In this document: positions 19,987-30,385 of the stretch, one piece after another
Layout: every line of letters starts with the position of its first letter
Position numbering within the stretch: position 1 is the first letter of the stretch
From: Candidatus Fervidifonticultor secundus
GTDB lineage: Bacteria > Sysuimicrobiota > Sysuimicrobiia > Sysuimicrobiales > Humicultoraceae
Direction: 5' to 3'
Assembly: GCA_031459385.1 (NCBI GenBank)
Contig: JAVKIP010000013.1
Coordinates: forward strand, 1-64,000
DNA length: 64,000 bases
The notes under the pieces: model-generated
Databases searched by the model: none
What the model was told of the DNA's origin: nothing
Seen by the model: the letters and a program-made list of their open reading frames with translations, nothing else
Position numbers and translations under genes: made by a program

Positions 19987-20937
19987 TCACGGCAGGCTCG
20001 CGCCCAGCAGGGCGCCGTAGACCAGATGCAGCCTGGCGGTGCGCTTCAGCACCGCCACCAGTGCGGGCGCGTCGCGACGCCGCCACACCAGGTGCCCCAG
20101 GGTCAGGAACTCGGGTAGCGCCAGCCACGGCAGCCAGAACCAGCGGCCGGCCAACCCGGCCTGGCGCAGCGCCAGCGGCGCGGCCACCGCCGCCAGCAAC
20201 AGCACCTGGTAGAGCACGCGCGTTGGCGCCGTGCCAAGGCGTACCGCGAGCGTGCGCTTGCCCGCCGCCGCGTCCGTGGCGGCATCCCGCAGGTTGTTGG
20301 CCACCAGGATCGCCGCGCACAGCAGGCCGACGGGTACCGCGGCGGCGAGCGCCACCGGGCTGATCCGTCCCAGCTGGACGAAGGCGGTGCCGGTGACCGC
20401 CACGACCCCGAAGAAGAGGAACACGAAGACCTCGCCCAGGCCGTGGTACCCGAGCGGCCAGGGCCCAGCGGTGTAGGCCACGCCCGCCAGGATCGAGAGC
20501 GCGCCAGCGACCAGTACCGGCCAGCCCCACCGCCACACGAAGGCCAGCCCCACGAGCCCGGCCACGCCGAAGCTGGTGTAGGCACCCGCCAGGACGGTGC
20601 GCGCGGGCAGCCACCCGGCCTGGGTGACGCGCGGCGGCCCCTGGCGCGTCGGCGTATCGGCGCCTCGCAGGAAGTCGGCGGCGTCGTTGTGCAGATTCGT
20701 GCCGACCTGAATAGCGAGCGCGACGACCAGCGCGCCCAGCGCCGCCGGCAGGGCGAAGCCGCCCTCGGCCGCAGCCGCGCCGCTTCCCACTAGCACCGGC
20801 GCCACGGCCGCCGGCAGCGTCGGGATGCGGGCCGCCAGCACCCAGGCCCGCCACAGGGACGCCGGAGCAGGCACGGTGGCGCCGCCGGCTGTGGCCGCGC
20901 CGGCGGCGGACCCGGGCGCCATCTCCCGATCCGTCAC
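19987..20937 (-). CDS. menA: 1,4-dihydroxy-2-naphthoate polyprenyltransferase
   Basis: [32 protein letters not shown]; multi-TM. Confidence 0.93.
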   Translation of the reverse strand: MTDREMAPGSAAGAATAGGATVPAPASLWRAWVLAARIPTLPAAVAPVLVGSGAAAAEGGFALPAALGALVVALAIQVGTNLHNDAADFLRGADTPTRQGPPRVTQAGWLPARTVLAGAYTSFGVAGLVGLAFVWRWGWPVLVAGALSILAGVAYTAGPWPLGYHGLGEVFVFLFFGVVAVTGTAFVQLGRISPVALAAAVPVGLLCAAILVANNLRDAATDAAAGKRTLAVRLGTAPTRVLYQVLLLAAVAAPLALRQAGLAGRWFWLPWLALPEFLTLGHLVWRRRDAPALVAVLKRTARLHLVYGALLGASLP

Positions 20938-21752
20938 GGATACCGCTGGAACTTGGTGAAGTCGGGCCGGCGCTTCTGGAGGAACGCGTCGCGGCCTTCC
21001 TTCGCCTCGTCAGTCAGGTAGTACAGCAGCGTGGCATCGCCGCCCAGCTGCTGAATGCCGGCGAGCCCGTCGGTGTCGGCGTTGAACGCCGCCTTGAGCA
21101 GGCGGATGGCCAGCGGGCTCTTCTCGAGGATCTCCCGCGCCCACTGGATGCCCTCTTCCTCCAGCTGCGCCAGGGGCACGACGGCGTTGACCAGACCCAT
21201 CTCCAGGGCCTGCTGCGCCGTGTACTGGCGACACAGGTACCAGATCTCGCGGGCCTTCTTGTGCCCGACGATGCGCGCCAGGTACGTGGACCCGTACCCG
21301 GCGTCGAACGAGCCGACCTTCGGCCCGGTCTGGCCGAAGATGGCGTTGTCGGCGGCGATGGTCAGGTCGCAGACGGTGGCCAGCACGTTGCCGCCGCCGA
21401 TGGCGTAGCCCGCCACCAGCGCGATCACGGGCTTGGGGATCACACGGATCAGCCGCTGGAGGTCGAGCACGTTGAGGCGCGGGACTCCCTCCTGGTCGAC
21501 GTAGCCGGCATCGCCGCGCACGCGCTGATCGCCGCCGGAGCAAAACGCCTCACCTCCGGCGCCGGTGAACAGGATGACGCCCACTGTCGGATCCTCGCGC
21601 GCGTGCGCGAAGGCGTCGATCAGTTCGAAGACCGTCTGCGGGCGAAAGGCGTTGCGCACCTCGGGCCGGTTGATGGTGATCTTCGCCATCCCCTCGGCGC
21701 GCTCGTACAGGATATCCGTATAGTCGCGCACCCTCTTCCAGTCCACAGGCAT
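20934..21752 (-). CDS. menB: 1,4-dihydroxy-2-naphthoyl-CoA synthase
   Basis: [40 protein letters not shown]. Confidence 0.97.
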   Translation of the reverse strand: MPVDWKRVRDYTDILYERAEGMAKITINRPEVRNAFRPQTVFELIDAFAHAREDPTVGVILFTGAGGEAFCSGGDQRVRGDAGYVDQEGVPRLNVLDLQRLIRVIPKPVIALVAGYAIGGGNVLATVCDLTIAADNAIFGQTGPKVGSFDAGYGSTYLARIVGHKKAREIWYLCRQYTAQQALEMGLVNAVVPLAQLEEEGIQWAREILEKSPLAIRLLKAAFNADTDGLAGIQQLGGDATLLYYLTDEAKEGRDAFLQKRRPDFTKFQRYP

Positions 21753-21759
21753 CCTCCGG

Positions 21760-23610
21760 TCACCTCATCGACAGGCCGGCGCCGAGAGCCTCGGCCGCAG
21801 CGGCCCAGATCTCCTGATGCAGGCGAACGTTGCGGGAACGGTTGGTGCGCACCTCGACGATCGACAGCCCCGTCCCCGCCAGGCCCGCCCGCACCTGCGC
21901 GCCGAACACGTCCCAGCCCTCGAACACCGCGTGCGCCGCGCCGTACAACGCGGCCGCGTGGCGGAACTCCAGCCCGTGCGGCATGCCGAAGAGCGTCTCG
22001 AAGTAGGCGGGATACGCCGCCTGGGGCATGAAGTTGAAGATCCCGCCGCCGTCGTTGTTCAGCAGCACGATCGTCGCTGCCACGCGGTGCAGTCTGGCCG
22101 CCAGCAGGCCGTTCATGTCGTGATAGAACGCCAGGTCGCCCAGCACCGCCACGACCGGCCCGACGGCCGCGGCGGCCGCGCCCAGCGCGGTCGACACGAG
22201 GCCGTCGATGCCGCTGGCACCGCGGTTGCCCAGCACACGCAGGCGCGTGGCGACTGACGGCAGAAACGTATCGGCATCGCGCACGGGCATGCTGTTGCCG
22301 ACCACGAGCAGCGCCCCCTCAGGCAGGAGCGCGGCCAGCTCGGCGAACACCCTGCCCTCGAACGGCTCGGTGATCTCCTGCAAGCGGCGCTGAGCAGCCT
22401 GGCGCGCGGCGCGATCCAGGTCCAGCCAGCGGTCCGCCCACGCCACCTGTGCCGGGGCCGGCCGGTGGCCGGCCAGGGCCGCCGTCAGCGCGTCGCACAG
22501 CAGGTGCGGGTCGGCTGCCACCACCTGGGCCGCCGCCCGCAGCGGATCGCTCCACCGCGCACCGTCGGCCACGATCTGCCGGGCCCGGCCGTGGCGCGCT
22601 AGGTACTGCTGGAGCGGCCGCGACGCCGGCAGAGCGCCGAAGCGCACGACGACATCGGGCGCCAGGGCGGCCGCGGCACCCTCGGCGCGCAGCACGAGGT
22701 CGTAGGCGTCCACCACGAGGCTGCGGTCGTGGGGACCGCACCGGACGCCGGACAGCGGGTCGGCCAGCACCGGGAAGCGCACGGCGGATGCCAGCCGGCT
22801 CACCGCGCCGGCGAACGCCGGGTCGTCCTGAGGCCCGCAGACGATCAGCCCGCGCCGCGCCGCACCCAGCGCCGCCACCAGCGCCTCCACGGTCTCCCCA
22901 TCCGGCGCACGCACACCGTGCGCTGTGGCCGTGTAGGGCTGCCCGTCCGGTCGGCCAGCCCACGCCGGTCCGGCGCGGTCCTCGTCCGGCGGCAGTTCTG
23001 CGGGTGAGGGGACGGGCACGAGCGGCTCGCGGAAGGGGAAGTTAAGGTGCACCGGGCCCGCAGGGGCCTCCACCGCCTGGAACACCGCCTGGGCCGCCAG
23101 CTGGCGCGCGTAGCCCAGCATGCTCTCGCTGGCCGCCGGCGGTGCCATGTCTGCAAACCACTTGACGTGCACCCCGAAGAGCCGGATCTGGTCGATCGTC
23201 TGGTTGGCCCCGGCGTCGCGCAACTCGTGCGGACGGTCGGCAGTCAGCACCACCAGGGGCACGCGGCCGAAGCGCGCTTCCACCACCGCCGGCAAGAAGT
23301 TGGCCGCCGCGGTCCCGGACGTGGACAGTACCGCCACCGGCGCGCGCAGGACCCGGGCGAGGCCCAGCGCGAAGAACGCGGCCGCGCGCTCGTCGATGTG
23401 GGTCCAGACCTTCAGTCCTGCCTGCCGGGCCGATGCGATCGCCAGCGGGGTCGAGCGCGAACCCGGACACAGGCACAGGTGGCCCACGCCGGCCCGGACC
23501 AGCTCGTCGACGAACGCGCCGACGAAGGCGTAGGTGGCGTTCTCGGGCCCGGCGGATGGCGGTCCCGCCGCGCGGGCCTTACCAGCACCCACGGAGCGCG
23601 CCGGGCACAT
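21760..23610 (-). CDS. menD: SEPHCHC synthase
   Basis: [53 protein letters not shown]. Confidence 0.96.
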   Translation of the reverse strand: MCPARSVGAGKARAAGPPSAGPENATYAFVGAFVDELVRAGVGHLCLCPGSRSTPLAIASARQAGLKVWTHIDERAAAFFALGLARVLRAPVAVLSTSGTAAANFLPAVVEARFGRVPLVVLTADRPHELRDAGANQTIDQIRLFGVHVKWFADMAPPAASESMLGYARQLAAQAVFQAVEAPAGPVHLNFPFREPLVPVPSPAELPPDEDRAGPAWAGRPDGQPYTATAHGVRAPDGETVEALVAALGAARRGLIVCGPQDDPAFAGAVSRLASAVRFPVLADPLSGVRCGPHDRSLVVDAYDLVLRAEGAAAALAPDVVVRFGALPASRPLQQYLARHGRARQIVADGARWSDPLRAAAQVVAADPHLLCDALTAALAGHRPAPAQVAWADRWLDLDRAARQAAQRRLQEITEPFEGRVFAELAALLPEGALLVVGNSMPVRDADTFLPSVATRLRVLGNRGASGIDGLVSTALGAAAAAVGPVVAVLGDLAFYHDMNGLLAARLHRVAATIVLLNNDGGGIFNFMPQAAYPAYFETLFGMPHGLEFRHAAALYGAAHAVFEGWDVFGAQVRAGLAGTGLSIVEVRTNRSRNVRLHQEIWAAAAEALGAGLSMR

Positions 23611-25051
23611 CCAACGCCTCGGCCAGCGGGCGCAGCTTCAGGCACGACTCCACGTACTCGGCCTGCGGATCGGAGTCGGCGACGATGCCGCACCCCGCGA
23701 ACAGCGTGGCCTGCCAGCCGTGCACCAGGGCGGACCGAATGGCCACCGACAGCTCCCCGTCGCCAGCGGCGTCCAGCCACCCGATGACACCCGCGTACCA
23801 GCCGCGCTCAAACCCCTCGTGGCGGGCGATCCACGCCATGGCCGCGTCCTGCGGGACGCCGCCCACGGCCGGCGTGGGGTGCAGACGGCCGGCCAGGTCC
23901 AGCAACGCCAGCGGGTCGCGCAGGCGCCCCTGTACCGGCGTGTACAGGTGCTGCACGTTGGAGACGCGCACGAGCACCGGTGCTGCAGCGGTTACCACAT
24001 CGTCGCACGCCGTCACCATCGCCTCGCGGACCGCCTCGACCACCAGCCCGTGCTCGACACGGTTCTTGGCGCTGGCCAGCAGCGCCTCGCCCAGGCGACA
24101 ATCCTCCTCCGCCGTCGCGCCACGAGGCGCCGAGCCGGCCAGGGCGCCGGTCTGCACCATCCCAGCGCGCACGCGCAGCAGGCGCTCGGGTGTCGCGCCC
24201 AGGAAGTACTGTCCGTCGCGGGCCACTGCAAACAGCGCACACTGCGGATAGGCGGCTCGCAGGCGCTGCAGGGCCGTCCGGGGGGAGGTCCTTATCCCCG
24301 CGACGCTCACCGCGCGCGCCAGCACCACTTTGCGCAGCGCGCCGCCACGCACGGCCGCTGCGGCCTCGGCCACGAGCGCCTTCCAGCGCCCCGTGGAGGG
24401 GATCTCCTCTGCCGGCGCCGCAGCCGACCTCGGGCGCCACACCGGATCCGGTGTGGCGCCCGCAGGCCCGGGACAGTCGGGCTCGTCCTCCGGCTCCAGC
24501 AGCGCGGCCAAATGCCTCACATCCCCTGCAGGGGCATCGGCACCGGCCGGCACCGTAGCGCTGAGCACCGCCTCCACGCCGGCGCCGGTGGTACGCACCG
24601 CAAGCGCCGGCACCACCAACCAGCCAGCCGGCCACGCGCCCCATACAGACCGGGGATCCACGGTAGACGCAAAGGCACATCCGACCAACGCCACCGGACC
24701 GACCCCGCGGCCGGTTCCCACCGCCTCGGCTGCACATCGGTGCCAGGCGTCGTGCAGCGCGCCAAATCGCGTCGGGCCCTCCGCACGGGCCTCCCAGGCG
24801 GCCCCGATCCCGACGACGCTTTCCCCATCGGCCGGCCGTACCCACAGCACCCTGGGCGTGCCCAACCGCCCCGCCCGCGTGAAGAGCGCCACCGGATCGA
24901 CCGCAGGGATGGCGGCCGATGCCCATACCACCACCGGACGGCCCAGGCGCGCAGCCGCCTGCCGCCCCGCCGCCGCAGCAACCCGGAAATGGTCGACCAG
25001 CATGGCTGCCGGACCCTCGAGGCGCGAGGCACTGCGTAGGAGCCGCGTCAC
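23579..25051 (-). CDS. menF: Isochorismate synthase
   Basis: KVVLAR, GATPERL, LAGSAPRG, KNRVEH, LHPTPAVGG, RGWYAG, AGCGIV. Confidence 0.93.
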   Translation of the reverse strand: MTRLLRSASRLEGPAAMLVDHFRVAAAAGRQAAARLGRPVVVWASAAIPAVDPVALFTRAGRLGTPRVLWVRPADGESVVGIGAAWEARAEGPTRFGALHDAWHRCAAEAVGTGRGVGPVALVGCAFASTVDPRSVWGAWPAGWLVVPALAVRTTGAGVEAVLSATVPAGADAPAGDVRHLAALLEPEDEPDCPGPAGATPDPVWRPRSAAAPAEEIPSTGRWKALVAEAAAAVRGGALRKVVLARAVSVAGIRTSPRTALQRLRAAYPQCALFAVARDGQYFLGATPERLLRVRAGMVQTGALAGSAPRGATAEEDCRLGEALLASAKNRVEHGLVVEAVREAMVTACDDVVTAAAPVLVRVSNVQHLYTPVQGRLRDPLALLDLAGRLHPTPAVGGVPQDAAMAWIARHEGFERGWYAGVIGWLDAAGDGELSVAIRSALVHGWQATLFAGCGIVADSDPQAEYVESCLKLRPLAEALDVPGALRGCW

Positions 25052-25668
25052 CGCTCGTCCCCACGGGCTGCGGCGCCGATACTGCGCAGCAGCACGGTGC
25101 GCAGCCCTGGCAGCAGCGCCTGCAGATCGCCGCCAGCAGCCAGCTCTTGCGTGAGCACCTCGTTGATGGCGCCGATCCAGGCCCTGGCTGCGGTCTGCGT
25201 GTCCTGCGCGGGAATGCTGCCTTCTGCCACTGCCCGGTCGAGGTGGCGCTGGATCAGCGCGGCGAAGCGCCGGTGGATGCCAAGCCGGCTCTCCTCGAAC
25301 TCCGGCCCCAGCGCCGCCGCCTCAATCAGCAGGATCCGTGCCAGCTCGTGGTGTGCGCCGGCCACCTCCAGCACCACCCGGAGGGCTGCTTCGACTTTGG
25401 CCAGAGCGCCGTGCTCCTGCGCGATCGCTGCCTCAACGCCCGCTTCCACGATGCCGGCCAGGCGATCCAGCAGCCGGAGAAAGATCCCCTGTTTGCTGGG
25501 GAAATGGTGGTAGAACGCCCCTTTGGAGGTCCCGGACGCCGCCACGATATCGTCTACGGTAGTACCGTGGTATCCTCTGGCGGCGAACACGTCGAGGGCT
25601 GCCTGGAGCAGGCGCTCCCGCGTCGTCATCTCGCCCGGGTCACCTCGCGCTGTGCGCGTGGCCGTCAA
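25048..25668 (-). CDS. TetR/AcrR-family regulator heading the men operon
   Basis: RERLLQAALDVFAARGYHGTTVDDIV...SKGAFYHHFPSK; GTGA overlap with menF; AGGAGGAG RBS before TTG. Confidence 0.93.
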   Translation of the reverse strand: MTATRTARGDPGEMTTRERLLQAALDVFAARGYHGTTVDDIVAASGTSKGAFYHHFPSKQGIFLRLLDRLAGIVEAGVEAAIAQEHGALAKVEAALRVVLEVAGAHHELARILLIEAAALGPEFEESRLGIHRRFAALIQRHLDRAVAEGSIPAQDTQTAARAWIGAINEVLTQELAAGGDLQALLPGLRTVLLRSIGAAARGDER

Positions 25669-25749
25669 ATCCGCCGCTCCTCCTTCCGTCGCAGGAGAAC
25701 TATCAAAACATGATTAATAACGAAACATACATAGCTGCCAGTTCAGGCC

Positions 25750-25771
25750 ATAGACCGACGCGTCGGTCTAT
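25750..25771. promoter_or_regulatory. Perfect 22-bp palindrome, candidate TetR operator
   Basis: ATAGACCGACGCGTCGGTCTAT is its own reverse complement; lies next to the AT-rich stretch upstream of tetR. Confidence 0.75.
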
Positions 25772-25869
25772 CGCGATCCGACAGTACCAAAAGGGCGAAG
25801 TGTGCGCAAGCCGGCAGGCATCCGAGATGCGGACGGCCAAGAAGACACCGACCTCAGGCGGAGGGGTCC

Positions 25870-27195
25870 ATGCGCCCTTCAAGGTCCACATCTCCCGGTC
25901 ACGAGGGGAGGCCGTGGGCACACCGCGTCGCGACTGCCTATGCCGCCGAGGTGCGGGCGGTGCAGACCCTCTACCTGGTCACCCTGCTGCTGGTAGGCGG
26001 AGCCTTCCTGCTGGTAGTGCGGCCCTGGCTGCACCTGACGCGGTCGGTACAGGCGATGGAGGCGACCCTGGCTGCCGTCGAGGATCGCCGCCGGCAGGCC
26101 GCCGTAGAGCAGAAACTGGCGCATGGCGCCGCGGAAGCCCTGGCCGCAGCCCAGCGCGAGATCGCCGAAGGCCAGGCGGCGCTGCGCCGCAAGATCGAGC
26201 GCCTGGTAGACCAGGGGCAAGCAGCGGACCCTCAGGACCGCTACGGGGCCCTGGTCACGCTCCGTCCGGACGCAGGTGGGTCGGGCAACGGCGACCGCAT
26301 GCCGGTGCGGGAAGCGGTGCGTCGGGAGATCGGGCGCCATGCAGAGGGCGTGGCGCTGGCCGCGGAGCAGGCCCTGGCAGCGATCCTGACGCGGAGCGAC
26401 CTGTCGCCGATGCTGCGCACCGTGCTGGAGGAAGCGCAGACCGTCGTAGGTCGGGAGTCTGTGGCACTGAACGAGGCGCTGGGCGCAACCTTTGCCCGCG
26501 ATCCGGAGTTCTGGCGGCGCTGGCCAGACGGGCCCGTACCGTATGCTGGCGTCTCACCTCAGGTCGATGCCGTGGCTCGCCGCATCGACGCCGCACTGCG
26601 CACCGCGCAGCGGCGCCTGGCTCGGGCGGCGGCGGCAGCAGCCAACCTCGAGCGCCAGCAGCGAGAGCGGCACGACGCCCTGCGCGCCCGCCGCGACCAG
26701 CTGGCTGCGCAGCTACGCGCCCTGCAGGAGGGCACGCCGTGGGCGCCGCTGGGCGCTCACGACGCCGCGCGGCTTTACCCCCTGCTGGCCGGGATGCTGA
26801 CGGTCACGCTCTACTACCGCCTGCGGCGAGCTGTAGCCCTGCGCGCTGCCCTGGACGGCGTGGACCCCGATCTCCTGGCACCATCGTGGCTTCTGGGTGG
26901 GGGCAGGATGCCGGGGCGGTGGTGGACGGCGGTTTTGCTGAGTGCACCGCTGGCGCTCGTCGTGTACGCTGCTGCCCTGCTTCTCGCCGACCCGGCCGGC
27001 TTCGCCGCACCGGAGGGTGAGCCCAGTCCGATCGTGAGGCTCGGCTACGGCGCGCTCTATGGGGCACTCAGCGTGGCAGGCGCGGTGCAGTGGGTGGCGG
27101 TCGTGCGCAAGGGGGGCGAGGGCACGTGGGGGGAAGGCACCGCCCGGCCCCCCGACCCCGGTCAGGCGCCCAACGCTGCCAGCAGGGCGTCATGA
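25870..27195 (+). CDS. Hypothetical membrane protein (TM, long helical/coiled-coil region, three TM)
   Basis: Open 441-aa ORF; hydrophobic LYLVTLLLVGGAFLLVV, heptad-rich middle, three C-terminal hydrophobic helices. Confidence 0.7.
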   Translation: MRPSRSTSPGHEGRPWAHRVATAYAAEVRAVQTLYLVTLLLVGGAFLLVVRPWLHLTRSVQAMEATLAAVEDRRRQAAVEQKLAHGAAEALAAAQREIAEGQAALRRKIERLVDQGQAADPQDRYGALVTLRPDAGGSGNGDRMPVREAVRREIGRHAEGVALAAEQALAAILTRSDLSPMLRTVLEEAQTVVGRESVALNEALGATFARDPEFWRRWPDGPVPYAGVSPQVDAVARRIDAALRTAQRRLARAAAAAANLERQQRERHDALRARRDQLAAQLRALQEGTPWAPLGAHDAARLYPLLAGMLTVTLYYRLRRAVALRAALDGVDPDLLAPSWLLGGGRMPGRWWTAVLLSAPLALVVYAAALLLADPAGFAAPEGEPSPIVRLGYGALYGALSVAGAVQWVAVVRKGGEGTWGEGTARPPDPGQAPNAASRAS

Positions 27196-28016
27196 ATCCG
27201 GCCGTTGGTCGCCACAACGTCGCCCCAGAGGCCCTGCAGTGGCCGTCCCGCCAGATCTGTCACCATGCCCCCGGCCTCCTCCACCAGCACAACACCCGCC
27301 GCCACGTCCCAGGCGTGCAACTGGGGCTCCCAGAACGCCTCCAGCCGCCCGGCGGCCACGTAGGCCATGTGAATCGCTGCCGCGCCCATGATGCGGACCT
27401 CCTGCGTCCGGCGCATCACTGCGGGGATGCTGGCGATGTGCCAGCTGCGGGCGGGCTCGCCCGGAAGCCCGGTGGCCACCAGCGCATCGTCCAGCGCGGC
27501 CACCTCCGACACAGCCAGGCGCACGGGTGGCTGGTCGGCGGTCAACAGGAAGGCGCCGCGGCTGCGTTCGGCCACGAAGTACTCTCCCAGCGGCGGCACC
27601 GCCACCACGCCGCCCTGCACGCGTCCTGCAACCTCCAGCCCCAGCGCGATGGCGAACCAGGGCAGTCCGTGGGCGAAGTTGGTCGTGCCGTCGACCGGAT
27701 CCACGAGCCACCGCGCCCCGCCGGTCGCACCAGCGTCCGACGCAGCGCCCTGCTCCCAGCCGGTGGTCTCCTCTCCCACCAGCGCGTGGCCTGGAAAAGC
27801 CTCGCGCAACCGCCGCACGATGAGCGCTTCGGCCTCGCGGTCTGCACGGGTCACCAGATCCGCCGGTCCTTTCAACCGCACGTCCTTGACGGCCGCCGAC
27901 TCGGGAAGGATACGCATCACCAGCGCGGCGGCCTCCTGCGCGATCTCCAGGGCGGTGCGAACGGTCTCGGAAATGGTCGGGGGCACGGGCAGGGGCACGG
28001 CAGTGGGCGACGTCAT
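27162..28016 (-). CDS. Inositol monophosphatase family (SuhB-like)
   Basis: DLVTRAD, GEE, WLVDPVDGTTNF, WDVAAG. Confidence 0.93.
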   Translation of the reverse strand: MTSPTAVPLPVPPTISETVRTALEIAQEAAALVMRILPESAAVKDVRLKGPADLVTRADREAEALIVRRLREAFPGHALVGEETTGWEQGAASDAGATGGARWLVDPVDGTTNFAHGLPWFAIALGLEVAGRVQGGVVAVPPLGEYFVAERSRGAFLLTADQPPVRLAVSEVAALDDALVATGLPGEPARSWHIASIPAVMRRTQEVRIMGAAAIHMAYVAAGRLEAFWEPQLHAWDVAAGVVLVEEAGGMVTDLAGRPLQGLWGDVVATNGRIHDALLAALGA

Positions 28017-28061
28017 GCATGAAGGTTCGACACGCCGTCGGCGGAGGGCCTGCTGAGCCGC

Positions 28062-28934
28062 GTGCAGGACGAAACGCGCCTGCGTGCCCTCGAAGCCCGC
28101 ATCGACGCCCTGGAACGCCGTCTGAGCCTGGGCGGGCTGTCGGTCGAAGCCGCCCTGCGCCGGCGGGGATGGCGCGTGAGCGCCGCCTGCGCCACCGCTC
28201 ACGTACTGCTGCCGCGGGGGGCCGACGCCGGCCAGCTGGATCGGTTCTACCAGGACCTCCACCGCTATCACTTCCGGCGCCTGCTGCAAGAAGTGGCCGA
28301 GCTGGGGGGGGTGAGCGGAGAGGAGGTGGCGCGCCTGGAGGCCAGGTGGGGCGCGCAGACGGTGCACCGGACGTTCGCACGACTCGCGGCTTATGGGCTG
28401 CTGGAGCGCCGCGGCCAACAGTTCGCCCTGACCGTGGCGCTCAGGACCTTCGGCGGGACGCTGGAATGGTTCGTCGCCCAGGTGCTGCAGCGCGACTTCC
28501 TGGCGCCGGCGGCGTGGGACGTGCGCATCCGCGAGATCCGGGGCGGCGGCGACTTCGACGTCCTGGCCGTGCTGGACGGGCGCCTGGCGTACATGGAGTG
28601 CAAGGGCAGCCCGCCCTACAACGTGCCGGCGGACGCCCTGGCGGAGTTCGTGGGCCGCATCCGCCGCCTGGGCCCCGACCTGGCGGCATTGGTGCTGGAC
28701 ACCACGCTCCAGATCGACCGCAACATCATCGCCAACCTGCGGCCGCTCCTGGCCAGCGCACCGGGCGCAGCGCCCGAGATCGCCCGGGTGGCGGCCGGGC
28801 TGTACGAGGTGCGCGGTGGCGCGCCCCTCTTCGTCATCACCAGCCGCCGCAGCCTGGTGGCCAACCTCGGCCGCTGCCTGCGGCGCTTCCATGCGCTCAC
28901 GACGCTGTCGAGAGAAGGTGGCGGTTTCCGATGA
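28062..28934 (+). CDS. Putative PD-(D/E)xK nuclease with N-terminal helical/winged-helix-like region
   Basis: GGTLEWFV...GGDFDVLAVLDGRLAYMECKG fits E...D-x(11)-ExK. Confidence 0.7.
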   Translation: MQDETRLRALEARIDALERRLSLGGLSVEAALRRRGWRVSAACATAHVLLPRGADAGQLDRFYQDLHRYHFRRLLQEVAELGGVSGEEVARLEARWGAQTVHRTFARLAAYGLLERRGQQFALTVALRTFGGTLEWFVAQVLQRDFLAPAAWDVRIREIRGGGDFDVLAVLDGRLAYMECKGSPPYNVPADALAEFVGRIRRLGPDLAALVLDTTLQIDRNIIANLRPLLASAPGAAPEIARVAAGLYEVRGGAPLFVITSRRSLVANLGRCLRRFHALTTLSREGGGFR

Positions 28935-29108
28935 AGACGCGGGTGAGCCCGGCTGCCCACGCGGCTGCCTCGGCCTCGTGGGCGTGGCCGACGGACGTGC
29001 AGGGCAGGTCGGGCAGGAAGAAGTTGGCGGCGGGGTCACCTGATCGCGGCAGGCCCCCTGGCCCCTGGGCCCGACCTCGTCGGGCAACGCACGTGTGAGC
29101 TGGGACGT

Positions 29109-30374
29109 CTACGTCAGGAACGGCACGCGCTCGAACTCTCCGCCGAGGATCTGGTTCGGATCCGCGCCCAGCCACCGGTCCAGCAGCGTGGCGTAGACCG
29201 CGCGGAAGTCGACGTGGTGCTTGAGGTCGCCGTCGACCAGGTCGGTCAGGCCGGGGTGGCGGCCGTGCAGCCCCGGCCGGATCCGCCGGCCGAAAACGAA
29301 CACGGGCGCGGCCGTGCCGTGGTCGGTGCCCGCGCTGCCGTTTTCGGCCACACGCCGGCCGAACTCGGAGAAGGCCATGACCACCACGCGCTCGGCGTTG
29401 CCCTGCGCCTCCAGGTCGCGGTAGAACGCGTCGATGCCGGTGCTGAGCTGCTCCAGCAGTAGATCGTGGGCGCCTTGCTGGTTCGCGTGCGTGTCGAACC
29501 CGGTCATGTGGGCGTAGTAGACCCTGGTGGGCAGGCCGCCGGCGATCATCTGCGCGATCAGGCGCAGCTGGGCCGCAAACCGGTGGTTGGGGTAATCGAT
29601 GCCGCCCTTGTACCTGCGCACGGCATCGCGCACCCGCTCACTGGCCAGCACGGCGTTCATGGCGGTGTGCCGGAGGAAGTCGATCGTCCCCGGCTCATTG
29701 GGCGCCGGCGCGTTCAGCGCGCGGAACAGCGCCAGTTCCTCGCGGGCGCCCGTGCCCTCCAGCGACGGCATCCATTGGAACGTCTCAGGTGTCTCCAGCG
29801 TCACGCCCTGGCCGCCGGCGGCCCGCATGGCCAGCGGGAGCGATGGGCCGATGTTGACCCCTGCCGTAGGCTGCTCGCAGACGGGGCAGGCACTGTCGAA
29901 GTAGCGGCCGATCCAGCCCACGCGGATCGCGCGGCCGTCGGGGTCAGCCGTGTGCCAGATCTCCATAGACCGGAAGTGCGAGCGGCTGGGGTTCGGGTAG
30001 CCGACACCCTGGACAATGGCGACCGCGCCCCGATCGTAGAGCTCCTTGAACCTGGTCATCCGCGGGTGGAGCCCCACCTCGTCGTTCAGGCGGATGACCT
30101 GCTCGCGGGGAATCGCCAGACGGGGCCGCGCCCGGTAGTACGCGTCGTCACCGAAGGGCACAACGGTGTTCAGGCCGTCGTTGCCGCCGCCCATCTGCAC
30201 CACGACCAGCACGTGGTCGTCCGGCACGCCGGGCGCGCTGGCCACCAGCGGTGTGTCCCACGGGTTGGTCATGGCCAGGGCGGTGCGCGTCAGGAACGAC
30301 GGCGCGGTGGCCGTGGTGGCCACGATGGTGAGTCCCCTGTGGATGAACTCGCGGCGGGTCATGCCCTGGCTCAT
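29109..30374 (-). CDS. DUF1501 family protein with Tat-like signal
   Basis: MTRREFI, GGNDGLNTVVP, SRSHFRS, GFDTHANQ, SEFGRR, GTDHG. Confidence 0.92.
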   Translation of the reverse strand: MSQGMTRREFIHRGLTIVATTATAPSFLTRTALAMTNPWDTPLVASAPGVPDDHVLVVVQMGGGNDGLNTVVPFGDDAYYRARPRLAIPREQVIRLNDEVGLHPRMTRFKELYDRGAVAIVQGVGYPNPSRSHFRSMEIWHTADPDGRAIRVGWIGRYFDSACPVCEQPTAGVNIGPSLPLAMRAAGGQGVTLETPETFQWMPSLEGTGAREELALFRALNAPAPNEPGTIDFLRHTAMNAVLASERVRDAVRRYKGGIDYPNHRFAAQLRLIAQMIAGGLPTRVYYAHMTGFDTHANQQGAHDLLLEQLSTGIDAFYRDLEAQGNAERVVVMAFSEFGRRVAENGSAGTDHGTAAPVFVFGRRIRPGLHGRHPGLTDLVDGDLKHHVDFRAVYATLLDRWLGADPNQILGGEFERVPFLT

Positions 30375-30385
30375 GGATGTGCTCC

